Below, in pieces: positions 49,248-59,900 of a stretch of 64,000 nt of DNA. A program made the position numbers and the translations under genes. The notes under the pieces were generated by a model that did no database searches, was not told the origin of the DNA, and saw only the letters and a program-made list of their open reading frames with translations. Source of the DNA: an uncultured bacterium (GTDB taxonomy: Bacteria > Fidelibacterota > Marinisomatia > Marinisomatales > JACNKV01); assembly GCA_964422145.1 (NCBI GenBank), contig CAYQZV010000009.1, forward strand, positions 6,264 through 70,263. Reading direction: 5' to 3'. Positions within the stretch are counted from its first letter, which is position 1; the number at the start of each line of letters is the position of its first letter.

Positions 49248-50132
49248 ATGAAATTTCTAATTGCTGTAGGAAGTAAAACTTATTCGGAACCAACCCTTCG
49301 AGTCGGGATGCAGGTTGCAAAAGCTTTTGGTGCGTCGGTAACGATTCTTTATGTGGGTCCGAAGATCAGTGCGTTCAGTTCCAGTGAGGTGCGATTAGCG
49401 CAAGAAAGCATGGAGCGGTGGGAAATTGACCGCCCGGGAGTTGAAGTGCTTGAATGGGCGTTTAACTTTTTAGCAGAATATGATTACATTACTCCCAAAA
49501 TGATTGAAGCTGGGTTCCAGAAAAATACGCTGGTCCAAACCCGCGGAAGTCGGTGTGAATTGTTTTTACAAGGACAAGCATGTGAAAACGTAAATTTGAT
49601 TTTGCGGAACGGAGACATTATTCCTGAGTTAAGGGACGAGGTCGCGAAAGGCGGTTATGATGTAACAATTATCGGCGGAAGTAAGAAACGCCGAATGGCT
49701 CATGATTTAGTTCAGTATATTGACAGTTCCATTTTTGTGGTAAAGAATTTTAAGAATAAAATGAGCTATCGTTTATTAATGGCAACAGATGATTCCCCAA
49801 AAACAAAAAAGGCCGTCAAATTTGGAGCACGTGTTTCGCAGGCTTTTGATATGCCTATGGATATTTTAACGGTGTCAAAAAAGAACTATTTTGGAACGGG
49901 GTATCGCAATGCCTCGAGCAAAGCGTCAACGTTAGTTCGGCGTGCAGGGATTCAGGAAGATGTTCAATTGAAAGTCGGTGATCCTGTAGACGTTATTGTT
50001 GATTTTGCCGGGAAAGATCATATTATTGTCATGGGAGCTTCAACGGCAAATCCGATTAAAAAATTCTTCATGGGAAGCAAACCGTTAAAGGTGATGAAGT
50101 CCTGTGATTGCCCTATTTTAATTGTAAAATAG
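49248..50132 (+). CDS. universal stress protein with tandem USP domains
   Basis: Two USP-like halves, each ending with G-x2-G-x9-G-S-type ATP-loop remnants (IIGGSKKRRMAHDL, VMGASTANPIKKFFMGS...CPILIV). Confidence 0.7.
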   Translation: MKFLIAVGSKTYSEPTLRVGMQVAKAFGASVTILYVGPKISAFSSSEVRLAQESMERWEIDRPGVEVLEWAFNFLAEYDYITPKMIEAGFQKNTLVQTRGSRCELFLQGQACENVNLILRNGDIIPELRDEVAKGGYDVTIIGGSKKRRMAHDLVQYIDSSIFVVKNFKNKMSYRLLMATDDSPKTKKAVKFGARVSQAFDMPMDILTVSKKNYFGTGYRNASSKASTLVRRAGIQEDVQLKVGDPVDVIVDFAGKDHIIVMGASTANPIKKFFMGSKPLKVMKSCDCPILIVK

Positions 50133-50186
50133 TCAAAACATAAATCCTTTTGATCCATAATTAGAATAGGTATAAATAAAACTAAA

Positions 50187-50201
50187 TAGTAATCATTATT
50201 A
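50187..50201 (+). promoter_or_regulatory. candidate Fur/PerR-type operator (7-1-7 inverted repeat TAGTAAT-C-ATTATTA)
   Basis: The inverted repeat has one mismatch between arms and lies 23 nt upstream of the Fur-family gene start. It resembles the Per/Fur box core TnATAAT-N-ATTATnA. Confidence 0.4.
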
Positions 50202-50223
50202 TTATTGATTTGTATTATTATTT

Positions 50224-50628
50224 ATGGTAACTTTACCACAGCAAATGAGAATTATGATGAGACATTCAAAACAAAGAGATACCATTTTAAACATTTTGAG
50301 AAACACTCGAAGTCATCCAACGGCTGACTGGATCTATGATGAAGCAAGGAAAGAGATAGCGAATATCAGTTTAGGGACGGTGTATCGAAACCTGGCTCAA
50401 CTTGTTGTAAATAAAATGATTTTACCGATACAGATCAACGGTGTTGTACATTACGATGGATTTACTGAAAATCACCAACATTTTATTTGCGGTGAATGCG
50501 GGGAAATCCATGATATTGATATTCACTCAAATGAAATTGTATCTTTAATTAATTCAAAGATTAATCATCACGTTGCCGATTGTCAAATTCATTTGACAGG
50601 AACGTGTTCAAACTGTAAACCAAACTAA
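50224..50628 (+). CDS. Fur-family transcriptional regulator, PerR-like by context
   Basis: Winged-helix N-terminus ([11 protein letters not shown]...SLGTVYRNL), [10 protein letters not shown] and a C-terminal CSNC (two CxxC pairs). It sits 13 nt upstream of a peroxiredoxin gene. The start is uncertain (50224 or a downstream Met). Confidence 0.75.
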   Translation: MVTLPQQMRIMMRHSKQRDTILNILRNTRSHPTADWIYDEARKEIANISLGTVYRNLAQLVVNKMILPIQINGVVHYDGFTENHQHFICGECGEIHDIDIHSNEIVSLINSKINHHVADCQIHLTGTCSNCKPN

Positions 50629-50641
50629 AAGGGAAGTAAAT

Positions 50642-51286
50642 ATGTTAGTAACAAAACCTGCCCCGGATTTTAAAGCAACTGCTGTAATGCCGGATAATTC
50701 ATTTCAAGAGATCAGTCTGTCAGATTATAAAGGAAAGAAAGTCGTTCTTTTCTTTTATCCATTAGATTTCACTTTTGTCTGTCCGACAGAGATTATCGCT
50801 TTTGATCGCCGTTTAGACGAATTTAAAAAACGCGGTGTTGAAGTGTTAGGGTGCTCCATTGATTCGCATTTCAGTCACTGGGCTTGGAAAAACACTGAAG
50901 TTAACAAAGGCGGAATTGGGAATGTTCAGTATCCGATTATTGCTGATTTAGATAAATCCATTGCACGTGATTATGATGTGCTGATCGGTGCCGAGCCGGC
51001 TTACGTTGAGACCGAAGAGGAAGAAGCTGAAACAACCGTTGGCGGTTCCATCGCTTTACGCGGATCATTCCTGATCGATGAAGAAGGTGTTGTACGACAT
51101 GCAGTGATCAATGATCTTCCGTTAGGACGTAATATCGACGAAATGCTGCGCATGGTTGATGCATTAGATTTTCACTCCAAACACGGCGAAGTTTGTCCGG
51201 CAGGATGGACAGAAGGCAAAGACGGTATGAAAGATACTGCAGACGGTGTTGCGTCATACCTAAGTGACCATTCCAGCGAATTATAA
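50642..51286 (+). CDS. ahpC: typical 2-Cys peroxiredoxin (AhpC/Prx1 type)
   Basis: Peroxidatic Cys motif DFTFVCPTE and resolving Cys HGEVCPAGW. It contains an unusual acidic insertion, [20 protein letters not shown]. Confidence 0.9.
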   Translation: MLVTKPAPDFKATAVMPDNSFQEISLSDYKGKKVVLFFYPLDFTFVCPTEIIAFDRRLDEFKKRGVEVLGCSIDSHFSHWAWKNTEVNKGGIGNVQYPIIADLDKSIARDYDVLIGAEPAYVETEEEEAETTVGGSIALRGSFLIDEEGVVRHAVINDLPLGRNIDEMLRMVDALDFHSKHGEVCPAGWTEGKDGMKDTADGVASYLSDHSSEL

Positions 51287-51300
51287 ATAATAGTTGAATA

Positions 51301-51323
51301 CGGGGTGCAGAAATTGCACCCCG
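51301..51323 (+). other. 9-bp GC-rich stem-loop between ahpC and sodB (possible attenuator or RNA-stability element)
   Basis: CGGGGTGCA-GAAAT-TGCACCCCG. It is followed only by a weak GTTTACTCGTTT tract, so it is probably not a strong terminator. Confidence 0.4.
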
Positions 51324-51350
51324 GTTTACTCGTTTAGAAAGGAATTAATT

Positions 51351-51932
51351 ATGAAACATACACTTCCGGAATTACCATACGAAAAGAATGCGTTAGAACC
51401 GCATATTTCTGAAGAAACCATTAATTATCATTATGGTAAACATCATCAAGCTTATATAACCAATTTGAATAACCTGATTCCGGGAACGGAATTTGAAGGA
51501 ATGGATCTTGAAGCGATCGTCAAATCTTCTTCAGGCGGTGTTTTCAATAATGCTGCACAAGTTTGGAATCACACATTTTATTGGAACTGTCTCAGCCCAA
51601 ACGGCGGTGGTGAAGCAAATGGTGATATCGCAAACGCTATTGAATCTGCTTTCGGATCGTTTGATGCATTCAAAGAAGCCTTTTCTTCATCTGCTGTGAC
51701 AAATTTTGGGTCCGGCTGGACATGGCTTGTCAAAACAAAAAATGGTGAATTGAAAATTGTGAATACCGGTAATGCAGGGTCACCTTTAACAGAAGATTTC
51801 ACACCATTATTGACTATTGATGTATGGGAACATGCATACTATGTCGATTATCGGAATGCACGTCCAACCTATATTGCATCATTTTGGAATCTTGTTAATT
51901 GGGACTTTGTAAATAAAAACTACCTCGGTTGA
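51351..51932 (+). CDS. sodB: Fe/Mn superoxide dismutase (Fe-type residues)
   Basis: [29 protein letters not shown] and DVWEHAYY motifs. ATG 51351 is preferred over the tracked TTG 51294. Confidence 0.92.
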   Translation: MKHTLPELPYEKNALEPHISEETINYHYGKHHQAYITNLNNLIPGTEFEGMDLEAIVKSSSGGVFNNAAQVWNHTFYWNCLSPNGGGEANGDIANAIESAFGSFDAFKEAFSSSAVTNFGSGWTWLVKTKNGELKIVNTGNAGSPLTEDFTPLLTIDVWEHAYYVDYRNARPTYIASFWNLVNWDFVNKNYLG

Positions 51933-51963
51933 ATGTTTCTTTTCATTTCAACCCTCCTTGTAA

Positions 51964-51995
51964 AGAGAGCCCCTTTTCGGGGCTCTCTGTGTTTT
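51964..51995 (+). terminator. rho-independent terminator after sodB, in the convergent gap with actF
   Basis: AGAGAGCCCC-TTTTC-GGGGCTCTCT hairpin followed by GTGTTTT. The T-run on the opposite strand is only weak. Confidence 0.75.
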
Positions 51996-52012
51996 ATCAA
52001 TAAATTATAAAA

Positions 52013-53203
52013 TTAATGATTTGTAAATGATATTGATTCTTCCAATGTTGGATCATTAACCGGAAGAATAGGCTGACTATGCAGCTGACGCCAGAACAGA
52101 CTTACAAACACACCGCCAATCCCGATGAAAGTTGTTAAATCCATCCATGAGAATTGAACGCCGTGATGATGGAGTGTCGGCATCACGATCCAATATAGAT
52201 CAATATAATGCATAAAGAAGACCCATCCGGCTAAGAGTTTTAACGCTAGTAAATGGCGTTTGGTGAATCGAAAGATCAACAGAATAAAGGGTATGAAAAA
52301 ATGTCCGAAGATCAAGAATAGACTCATCTCTTTCCATGAACCCGTCCATCGGTGCAGATACCAAATGGTTTCTTCAGGGATATTTGCATACCAAATGAAG
52401 AAGTACTGTGAACCGGCAATGTATGCCCAAAAGACGACGAAAGTGAACATCAGTTTTGCAAGATCATGATAATGTTCTTTGGTGATCGTATCCGTTAAGA
52501 TACCCTTCTTTTGTAAAAAGTGGGAGCTTAGGATTAAAAAGGTGATGATGGCCAGGTAACTTCCGGTGAAGACATAAACACCGAAAATGGTTGAATACCA
52601 ATGAGGATCAGTGGACATTAGCCAATCAAAAGAGGCAAAGGAGATCGTCAATGCAAATAAGATCATCCCGATGGCACTGGTCCGAACTGCCTGCGTGCGA
52701 ATCTCTCCGGAATTCGAACCATCCTGTGTGACAGACAAATTATAGAGTCTAAACACCAGAAAAAACCAGATCAGAAAATATCCAAAAGACCGGATGATGA
52801 AAAATATTTCATTTAAATATCCTGACTTTGCCTGTAAAATTCGGTCGTCAGCGACGACATCCGTGTGACTCCAATGATATATCTCATGGATACCACCGAG
52901 CATGATGGGTATAAAGAAAATGAAAAGCCACGGAAGGACTTTCATCACTGTTTCCCCGATCCGTCGGAAGATCGTACTCCAAACCGCTCCGGTCAGATAA
53001 TGAAGCATGACGAAGAATAATCCGCCGAGTCCGAGTGTCGCCCAGAACGTAAAGGAGATGAGATAAGAATGATAAAATTGTTTAGCGTCAATCGAAGAAC
53101 CGATAGCAGACAGAATCAAAAATAGAAGTCCGATACCGAGTGAGATATTCCCAAAGGAACCTGATTGAGTGATGCGATAAGTTTTAGGATCGTACTGTAT
53201 CAT
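52013..53203 (-). CDS. actF: alternative complex III subunit ActF (NrfD-like membrane subunit)
   Basis: About 10 TM helices in a 396-aa protein. It is the last gene of an actABCDEF-ordered cluster. Confidence 0.8.
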   Translation of the reverse strand: MIQYDPKTYRITQSGSFGNISLGIGLLFLILSAIGSSIDAKQFYHSYLISFTFWATLGLGGLFFVMLHYLTGAVWSTIFRRIGETVMKVLPWLFIFFIPIMLGGIHEIYHWSHTDVVADDRILQAKSGYLNEIFFIIRSFGYFLIWFFLVFRLYNLSVTQDGSNSGEIRTQAVRTSAIGMILFALTISFASFDWLMSTDPHWYSTIFGVYVFTGSYLAIITFLILSSHFLQKKGILTDTITKEHYHDLAKLMFTFVVFWAYIAGSQYFFIWYANIPEETIWYLHRWTGSWKEMSLFLIFGHFFIPFILLIFRFTKRHLLALKLLAGWVFFMHYIDLYWIVMPTLHHHGVQFSWMDLTTFIGIGGVFVSLFWRQLHSQPILPVNDPTLEESISFTNH

Positions 53204-53210
53204 AAGACGT

Positions 53211-53768
53211 TTATTGTGTTTGTAATTGGCGGATATAGGAGACGATGGCCCACCTATCTTCTACCTGAATTTGATGTTTATAAGACGGCATTAGAACGTT
53301 CCCGTTTGTGATCACTGAAAAGATCTGACCGTCCGGCATGTTAAGAACCCTGTCAGAGTGAATAGACGTTGCAGGAGGGTAAACATATTTTGTCATCAAT
53401 CCCATCCCGTCTCCGTTATTGTTATGGCAGGGAGAACAAAATGTATTGTACTGAACTTCTCCTTTGAGTAATAGATCCGAAGATACCGCAATCGGATTTA
53501 TATCCACAAACTGATCGAAATCATTTTTACCGAAATAAAAAGCCGTATTATCATGTAATTCTCCGATGGCAACTGTACCTTCAACAGGCTGTCTCATCGC
53601 CGATTTATCAGCAAAAAATTGACTTTCTTTAAACGGCTTATATTTTTGCTGTGTATCCATGTTGGGATTAAGGTGGACAGGAGGTTTCTCCGATTTATCT
53701 CCCTGAAGACAGCCGCTGATGACAAGTGCCATTAGCATGATCACCCCAATTTGCATTAAGCGACTCAT
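53211..53768 (-). CDS. actE: alternative complex III subunit ActE (monoheme cytochrome c lipoprotein)
   Basis: Lipobox ISGCLQG and a single CSPCH heme motif. ATGA overlap with actD. Confidence 0.85.
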   Translation of the reverse strand: MSRLMQIGVIMLMALVISGCLQGDKSEKPPVHLNPNMDTQQKYKPFKESQFFADKSAMRQPVEGTVAIGELHDNTAFYFGKNDFDQFVDINPIAVSSDLLLKGEVQYNTFCSPCHNNNGDGMGLMTKYVYPPATSIHSDRVLNMPDGQIFSVITNGNVLMPSYKHQIQVEDRWAIVSYIRQLQTQ

Positions 53769-54304
53769 TCTTCTTCCTCCAGTAATTCGATATGTGTACT
53801 TCCCATAGACTCCAAAAGTTGTTTTGTTTGGACGAGTTTAAATTGACCATCGGCTGCATCAATGCTAACAAAAAATCCATCATCGCTGGCTTTTTTCTCA
53901 AAATGATCTGAGTAAAAGACCGGATGATGAAATCGAGGTAATCGGTTGAGTGAAAGCATGCCAAAAACAGCTGAAATTGCTCCAAACAGGACAAGTAAAG
54001 CGAAAGTAATCACAATATAAGACTGCCAAGCGAAATACGGCTTTCCGCTGATCACAAGTGGGTAGGCAACCGCATGAGACCATGACTGCAGTCCGAACCC
54101 GATCGCTGCACCAAGAAAGGCAAAGAAGCCGACGACGTATCCAAGGATCGATCGCTTCAGTCCCATCGCTTGATCCATCCCATGGATGGGGAAAGGGGAG
54201 TGACAGTCGAATTGAGAATATCGTTCTTCCCGCAATTTTTCAGCTGCATGAAGCAGATCAGCAGGGGATGAAAATTCAGCAATGAGTCCTAATGTTTTTT
54301 TCAT
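53765..54304 (-). CDS. actD: alternative complex III subunit ActD (DUF3341)
   Basis: [27 protein letters not shown]... N-terminus followed by two TM helices. Position is conserved between actC and actE. Confidence 0.85.
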   Translation of the reverse strand: MKKTLGLIAEFSSPADLLHAAEKLREERYSQFDCHSPFPIHGMDQAMGLKRSILGYVVGFFAFLGAAIGFGLQSWSHAVAYPLVISGKPYFAWQSYIVITFALLVLFGAISAVFGMLSLNRLPRFHHPVFYSDHFEKKASDDGFFVSIDAADGQFKLVQTKQLLESMGSTHIELLEEEE

Positions 54305-55680
54305 GATTGCCCTCCGTCGTGATGCGGGTCAGCTTGAGGTAAAACCGCTTTCACTTCTGTCATGGATATCATCGGCAAGAAACGTAGGAAGAGAAGGAAC
54401 AACGTGAAGAACAGTCCGAAACTTCCGACAAAGGTCATGATATCCCAAATTGTGGGGGAATAATAATCCCATGAGGACGGAAGGAAATCTCTGGAAAGAG
54501 AGGTGACCGTGATCACGAACCGTTCAAACCACATCCCGATGTTCACTAAGATTGAAGCCACAAATAAAAAGGCTACATTCGTTCGAAGTCGTTTAAACCA
54601 GAAAAGCTGCGGAACGAATACATTACACGTGATCATCGTCCAATACGCCCAAGCATAATTACCTAATGCGCGATTTGTAAACGCAAATGACTCAAATAGA
54701 TTCCCGCTGTACCACGCGATAAAGAACTCCATTGCATAGGCGTAACCAACGATCATTCCGGTTAAGAGCATTACTTTTGCCATTCGCTCCAGATGGGTTA
54801 CTGTAATAAAATGTTCAAGGTTATAAAACTTTCGGGCAATGATCGCTAACGTCATCACCATAGCAAATCCTGAGAAAATAGCACCTGCAACAAAATAAGG
54901 TGGAAAGATCGTTGTATGCCATCCGGGAATAATACTGGTAGCAAAGTCCGAACTCACCACACTGTGAACGGACAGAACGAGCGGTGTTGACAAACCGGCC
55001 AGCATCAGATAAGCCAATTCATAGTTTTGCCATTGACGGTTACCGCCTCTCCAACCCAGGGCAAAGAATCCTAAGATTTTTTTCTTCAATCCTTTTGCAC
55101 GGTCACGTAAGGTTGCCAGATCAGGAATTAATCCTGTAAACCAGAATAAGAGGGATACAGTGAAATACGTACCGACTGCAAAGAAATCCCATAGAAGTGG
55201 ACTTCGGAAGTTCGGCCACAATCCCATTTGGTTTGGAATAGGGAAGAACCAATGCAACAACCACATCCGACCGACATGAATCCCCGGGAAGAGCAACGCG
55301 CAAATGACGGCAAAGATCGTCATCGCTTCAGCAAAGCGATTGATGGATGTTCTCCATTTTTGCCGCAGCAAAAAGAGAATAGCAGAGATCAGCGTCCCTG
55401 CGTGACCGATACCGACCCAAAAGACAAAATTGACGATAGCCCAACCCCAGCCAACGGGATTGTTCAGCCCCCAAATGCCGGTACCTTCCCAAATGAGAAA
55501 TCCGACGGAACCAAGCAAAACCAACAACAATGAAAATGCCAACCCAAACGCAAGGAACCATTCTTTCGTTGCTTTTGTTTCGGTGATACCGCTGATCGTA
55601 CCGGTGATCGATTTAAAGGTTTGATTCCCGGTGATCAACGGTTGTTCAGTCACAGTTGATTTTTGAATTGTACTGCTCAT
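54301..55680 (-). CDS. actC: alternative complex III subunit ActC (NrfD/PsrC-like quinol-interacting membrane subunit)
   Basis: 459-aa polytopic NrfD-family protein, overlapping actB and actD by 4 nt each. Confidence 0.9.
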   Translation of the reverse strand: MSSTIQKSTVTEQPLITGNQTFKSITGTISGITETKATKEWFLAFGLAFSLLLVLLGSVGFLIWEGTGIWGLNNPVGWGWAIVNFVFWVGIGHAGTLISAILFLLRQKWRTSINRFAEAMTIFAVICALLFPGIHVGRMWLLHWFFPIPNQMGLWPNFRSPLLWDFFAVGTYFTVSLLFWFTGLIPDLATLRDRAKGLKKKILGFFALGWRGGNRQWQNYELAYLMLAGLSTPLVLSVHSVVSSDFATSIIPGWHTTIFPPYFVAGAIFSGFAMVMTLAIIARKFYNLEHFITVTHLERMAKVMLLTGMIVGYAYAMEFFIAWYSGNLFESFAFTNRALGNYAWAYWTMITCNVFVPQLFWFKRLRTNVAFLFVASILVNIGMWFERFVITVTSLSRDFLPSSWDYYSPTIWDIMTFVGSFGLFFTLFLLFLRFLPMISMTEVKAVLPQADPHHDGGQS

Positions 55681-58600
55681 GATACACCATCCGTTTTCAG
55701 ATCAGGATTCGGGTTTCGGAGTTTCGCAAGGTACGTCACTCGCGGTTGAGTATTTAACTCCCCTAATAATGAATACATTCGATTTTGTTTCCTTGTTAAA
55801 GAGATACGGCTGTTTGGATCAGTGATATCACCAAAGACAATTGCATCCGTCGGGCATGATTGCTGGCAAGCCGTGGTGACTTCACCGTCTTTCAGATCAC
55901 GTCCTTCATTATTCGCTGTGATTTTAGCTTGTGAGATTCGCTGAACACAGAAGGTACATTTTTCCATGACACCTCGGAACCGCACCGTAACGTCCGGGTT
56001 TTGCACCATTTGGACAATTTCAGGTAAATCCTTTGTGAAGTTATGGAAGTTGAACCGCCGAACTTTATACGGACAGTTGTTGGCACAATAACGGGTTCCG
56101 ACACATCGATTGTATGTCATGCTGTTTAGTCCGTCTTCAGAGTGTGTCGTCGCAGCGACAGGGCAAACCTGTTCGCAGGGCGCCATTTCACAATGCTGAC
56201 AGTTGATCGGCTGGATAACCATATCCGGAGAATCCATTTCACCGGAATAGTATCGATCTAATCTGATCCAGGACATTTCCCGGCCTTTTTCGACTTGTTC
56301 TTTTCCAACGATCGGAATATTGTTTTCTCCCTGACAGGAAATCGAACAGACATTACATCCGGTACAGAGATTCAGGTCGATTGCCATGCCCCATTGCGGG
56401 CCGGAATCATACTGAACTTCATCCCACATGGATACCAGCGGGAGAGCAGAATCATGTTCTTTAACAAAATCAGGATGTTTCTGATAGTCATCGAGTGTAG
56501 ACTCACGAATAATAACGGGGAGACGGTCTTGAATGGCATCTGCTGCCAGTTTTTCAGTGTCTAAACCGTGATGATCCTGAGTGCAAGCCAACACAGCGGT
56601 TTTACCTGTGTTTGAAATGTTGACATTCTCAGCTCGCCATAGAGATGATGTTTCACGGATGGCGTATGTATTTCCGCCGACACCGTTTCCGACTCGTCCG
56701 GATGATGTTCGGCCATAACCCAGTTCAATCGAAATGGAGTTATCGGCATGGCCGGGTACGATCCAAACGGGCAGTTCAACAGAATAACCATTGATGCGTA
56801 AAGCAACAACGTCTTTGTTTTTCACGCCCAGTTCTTTCGCGGTGGAATGACTCATCAGTGCAGCATTATCCCAAGTCAGCTTCGTGACCGGATTCGGAGA
56901 TTCCTGGAGCCAACCGTTATTGGCGAATCGTCCGTCGAAAACAGACGAAGACGGTTTGAATACAACTTCAAAACCATCCATAGTTTCGATCGGATAGTCT
57001 TTTAATACTTTTCTTACCGCTGTTTTAGACAGGAAAGGATTCGCTGATTTGTTCAGTTTTCCCTGATAAACGCCGTCATGCAGAACTTTTTTCCAATTGG
57101 ATGAAAAATCTGAAGAGAAAAACGGTCCCCATGTTGTTTGCACCAAATCGTGTCCCGACGGGGTAGAAAGATTGTTTTGAATCAACGCTGCCAGCAATTC
57201 GATGTAACTCACTCCGCCAAACAAAGGTTGGATTTGAGGTTGGGTAATCCCTTTAACACCTTCGATGGTTTCCGTATCACCCCACGCTTCCAATGGATTG
57301 GCCAAGTTGATCAGCCATTCAGCTGTTTTTGATGTCTCATTCTTATGCGAACAGATGTGAACGGTGTGCGGCACTTTTTGAATAGCATCACCAACATTCA
57401 AATCAACCGGAGCATTATAAACCGGATTTCCTCCGAATAAAACCAAAGTTGAAACATTGCCTTGATGCATAGATTGCACCAACGAATTCAAATCTTGAGT
57501 CTTGGGACGGGTTGCATCATTTGCAGAGAAATAGTCTACGGTGGTTCCTCTGTTTTTCAGAGCATGGTTGATCGCAAATACCAGAGCATGCACATTGGAT
57601 GGCTGAGTTCGTCCGGCAACGATCAACGATTCTTTTTTGTGGGATAGCAAATCACTCGCTGCAGCTGCGATCCACTTATTATCAAATGAATGATTTTTAT
57701 GATCGGATAAGGCATCCACGCCGGGGATGTTTAATCCTTGGGATTTTAACTCAACCGCCAGAGCAGCAGCGAAAGCACCGATCATTCCGTGATTTAACCG
57801 ATAGCGGTGGTCGGCAATTCCTCCGGTAACCGACAAAGCATTCTCGATCACATAAAGACGATTCATCGAATCATTTTCTGATTCAACGCGACGGCCTTTA
57901 GAAAACCCTACCGTATTCCGAATTGAGTGGCTTTCTGTGTTCAGAAAATCGGCATCAAGAGAGACAATTACTTTAGCTTTATCATAATGATAAACCGGGT
58001 GGTATTCACGATCAGTTACAAGATGAATCCCGTCGTAGACTGATTCATCACTGATTGGATCCCAGGTAACCCATGTCGCTTTGGGATATTTGGATAAGAA
58101 TTCTTTCTTTAACCGATAAAATGTCGGTGATGGATACGTTTCAGCTAATACCGCTAATCCTTCACCGTCGGATGCGTCATAGTCCGAAGATAATGTGTTC
58201 CATTCCTGTAAGAAATCACTGATTTTGGATTCATATCCATTGTGTAAAACGGATTGAGTACGATCCGGATCATACATATCCAGAATGGATGCCTGCAGCC
58301 AGGTGTTTGACTTCCCTAATGTGGAAGGGTGATTTGGATTTCCTTCCAGTTTTGTCGGTCTTCCTTCATGATTTTCGACAACGACACCAAACGTCTCAGC
58401 TCCAAACGGAATGTTTGTTGCATAAAACTTAGGGACGCCGGGAACGATATTTTCCGGAGCGATGGCATAAGGAATGATTTTTTCCACTGGGCGCCGACAT
58501 CCGGCTAACCCCGCTAAGGCGATTGAAGCACCCATAATGGAGAGGAATTTTCTCCGGCTCATTCCATCCGGAACATCAAACGTTCCTTCTGGAAATTCAT

Positions 58601-58685
58601 TGTGCAGGAATTGTTCAAATTCGGGCGTTTGGTTGATTTCGTCCAAACTGCGCCAATAGTTTTTTCCGTTCATATTTGTTTTCAT
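55677..58685 (-). CDS. actB: alternative complex III subunit ActB (molybdopterin-oxidoreductase-like domain fused to a 4Fe-4S ferredoxin domain, Tat signal)
   Basis: Twin-arginine signal [21 protein letters not shown]. Large MopB-like domain and C-terminal Fe-S motifs [37 protein letters not shown] and CTFC. The ATG at 58685 forms an ATGA overlap with the actA stop; the tracked 58778 start would overlap actA by 97 nt. Confidence 0.92.
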   Translation of the reverse strand: MKTNMNGKNYWRSLDEINQTPEFEQFLHNEFPEGTFDVPDGMSRRKFLSIMGASIALAGLAGCRRPVEKIIPYAIAPENIVPGVPKFYATNIPFGAETFGVVVENHEGRPTKLEGNPNHPSTLGKSNTWLQASILDMYDPDRTQSVLHNGYESKISDFLQEWNTLSSDYDASDGEGLAVLAETYPSPTFYRLKKEFLSKYPKATWVTWDPISDESVYDGIHLVTDREYHPVYHYDKAKVIVSLDADFLNTESHSIRNTVGFSKGRRVESENDSMNRLYVIENALSVTGGIADHRYRLNHGMIGAFAAALAVELKSQGLNIPGVDALSDHKNHSFDNKWIAAAASDLLSHKKESLIVAGRTQPSNVHALVFAINHALKNRGTTVDYFSANDATRPKTQDLNSLVQSMHQGNVSTLVLFGGNPVYNAPVDLNVGDAIQKVPHTVHICSHKNETSKTAEWLINLANPLEAWGDTETIEGVKGITQPQIQPLFGGVSYIELLAALIQNNLSTPSGHDLVQTTWGPFFSSDFSSNWKKVLHDGVYQGKLNKSANPFLSKTAVRKVLKDYPIETMDGFEVVFKPSSSVFDGRFANNGWLQESPNPVTKLTWDNAALMSHSTAKELGVKNKDVVALRINGYSVELPVWIVPGHADNSISIELGYGRTSSGRVGNGVGGNTYAIRETSSLWRAENVNISNTGKTAVLACTQDHHGLDTEKLAADAIQDRLPVIIRESTLDDYQKHPDFVKEHDSALPLVSMWDEVQYDSGPQWGMAIDLNLCTGCNVCSISCQGENNIPIVGKEQVEKGREMSWIRLDRYYSGEMDSPDMVIQPINCQHCEMAPCEQVCPVAATTHSEDGLNSMTYNRCVGTRYCANNCPYKVRRFNFHNFTKDLPEIVQMVQNPDVTVRFRGVMEKCTFCVQRISQAKITANNEGRDLKDGEVTTACQQSCPTDAIVFGDITDPNSRISLTRKQNRMYSLLGELNTQPRVTYLAKLRNPNPDLKTDGVS

Positions 58686-59329
58686 CGGTGACACCCCGAA
58701 CAATCTAATGGAGGCGAAATATCTAACTCGTTCATGATCCATGATCCGTACGCATGTTGATCTTCGGATGGTGTCCATTTTGTATTTGTAATTTGATCCA
58801 TGGGACGTAAATACATTGCCGGATCTTTATGGCACTCTACGCACCATCCCATGCTTAAACTTTTTTCTTGTGAGATCACCTCCATTGATTCAACATCTCC
58901 GTGACAGGTACTGCAGCCGACGCCGACAGTAACATGGGCACTGTGATCAAAGTAAACATAATCGGGAGACTTATGAACCCGAACCCATTCCATAGGTGTG
59001 TTGTTCTCCCAGCTGTCAATGATTTTAGTAAGTTTTTCGCTACCCTTTTTAACAACGGTATGACAGTTCATACATGTTTGAGTAGGCGGAACACCTGCAA
59101 GTGCAGTCGTTTCAACTCCGGTGTGACAGTATCGGCAATCAAGTTTCAATTCACCCGCATGAAATTTGTGACTGTAAAGTACGGGTTGTACCGGGGTGTA
59201 TCCGACATCGGTGTACTTTGGAGACCCCCAATACCAAAAAGAAAAAATGATGATTCCGAGAAATGCCAGCAGTCCGCTGAGAAGTAACTTCGGAAGTTTA
59301 TTGGTCCATTTTGGAAATAATTGTGCCAT
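58682..59329 (-). CDS. actA: alternative complex III subunit ActA (pentaheme cytochrome c, NrfH/NapC-like anchor)
   Basis: N-terminal TM helix and five CxxCH motifs (CRYCH, CMNCH, CSTCH, CVECH, CSGCH). Confidence 0.9.
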   Translation of the reverse strand: MAQLFPKWTNKLPKLLLSGLLAFLGIIIFSFWYWGSPKYTDVGYTPVQPVLYSHKFHAGELKLDCRYCHTGVETTALAGVPPTQTCMNCHTVVKKGSEKLTKIIDSWENNTPMEWVRVHKSPDYVYFDHSAHVTVGVGCSTCHGDVESMEVISQEKSLSMGWCVECHKDPAMYLRPMDQITNTKWTPSEDQHAYGSWIMNELDISPPLDCSGCHR

Positions 59330-59422
59330 TCAGTTTATTTTGGTTTATTTAAGTATTTTTGTAGTGATTGTAAATAACGTAATCCGTAAAAATATCGAAA
59401 AAGAGGTTAAGGGTTTTGCAGG

Positions 59423-59434
59423 GTTGATATCAAC
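59423..59434. promoter_or_regulatory. perfect 12-bp palindrome GTTGATATCAAC in the fixH-actA spacer
   Basis: The exact palindrome lies 20 nt downstream of the fixH-like stop and ~95 nt upstream of the actA ATG. Its function is unknown. Confidence 0.3.
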
Positions 59435-59453
59435 TGGAAATTCCTTTCATACA

Positions 59454-59900
59454 TCAATGTGAAACGATGATTCGTTCACGCTGCTGATACTCGATTCCGT
59501 CTTCATTCCAACGTGCTGTTAAGTTCCACACCCCCGGTGCGATCATGACCATATGAATTCCATCAGAAGAAAATGAAAGGGGGATGTCTTTATCCATGGA
59601 TGTATCATTCGGTCTTCTCAATGAGAGATTACCCTGAATCACAGAAGTTCGGTGGGGCTGTACCTGAATTTGAATTCCTGAATTTGTAGATACTATTCCC
59701 ATGGATTTATTGTCTGCCTTTGTCCGGTTTAATCGATTAATCGTTTCCTGATAGGTTATTCCCTCCTGATAATAGGTGTTAGAAACCAACGAATCAGTTT
59801 TCGTAGCTGAGAAGGGAATCAGCCAAAGGAAGAAAGCAATCGTTCCTCCAATGGTGATGAAAAGTCCCAAGGGCCAGAATGTTTCTTTTCGCATGATCAT
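59454..59900 (-). CDS. FixH-family protein (cbb3 oxidase maturation, CcoH/FixH-like)
   Basis: N-terminal TM helix followed by NTYYQEG... and an Ig-like periplasmic domain. ATGA overlap with ccoG. Confidence 0.7.
   Translation of the reverse strand: MIMRKETFWPLGLFITIGGTIAFFLWLIPFSATKTDSLVSNTYYQEGITYQETINRLNRTKADNKSMGIVSTNSGIQIQVQPHRTSVIQGNLSLRRPNDTSMDKDIPLSFSSDGIHMVMIAPGVWNLTARWNEDGIEYQQRERIIVSH

Noticed and set aside
53695-53994. 99-aa ORF overlapping the actD/actE junction in another frame
   Set aside because: It lies out of frame within two well-supported ACIII genes and has no independent support.
58686-58778. N-terminal extension of ActB (tracked start at 58778) overlapping actA by 97 nt
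   Set aside because: The extension precedes the Tat signal and has no homology. The ATG at 58685 gives the usual ATGA coupling to the actA stop, with the twin-arginine motif at a normal distance.
58901-59287. 128-aa + strand ORF antisense to actA
   Set aside because: It is a shadow ORF of the pentaheme cytochrome gene, with no motifs and no start context.
59423-59434. Reading GTTGATATCAAC as a canonical FNR box
   Set aside because: FNR/CRP boxes have a 4-nt (TTGAT-N4-ATCAA) or 6-nt spacer. Here the half-sites abut, so I report it only as an unexplained palindrome.
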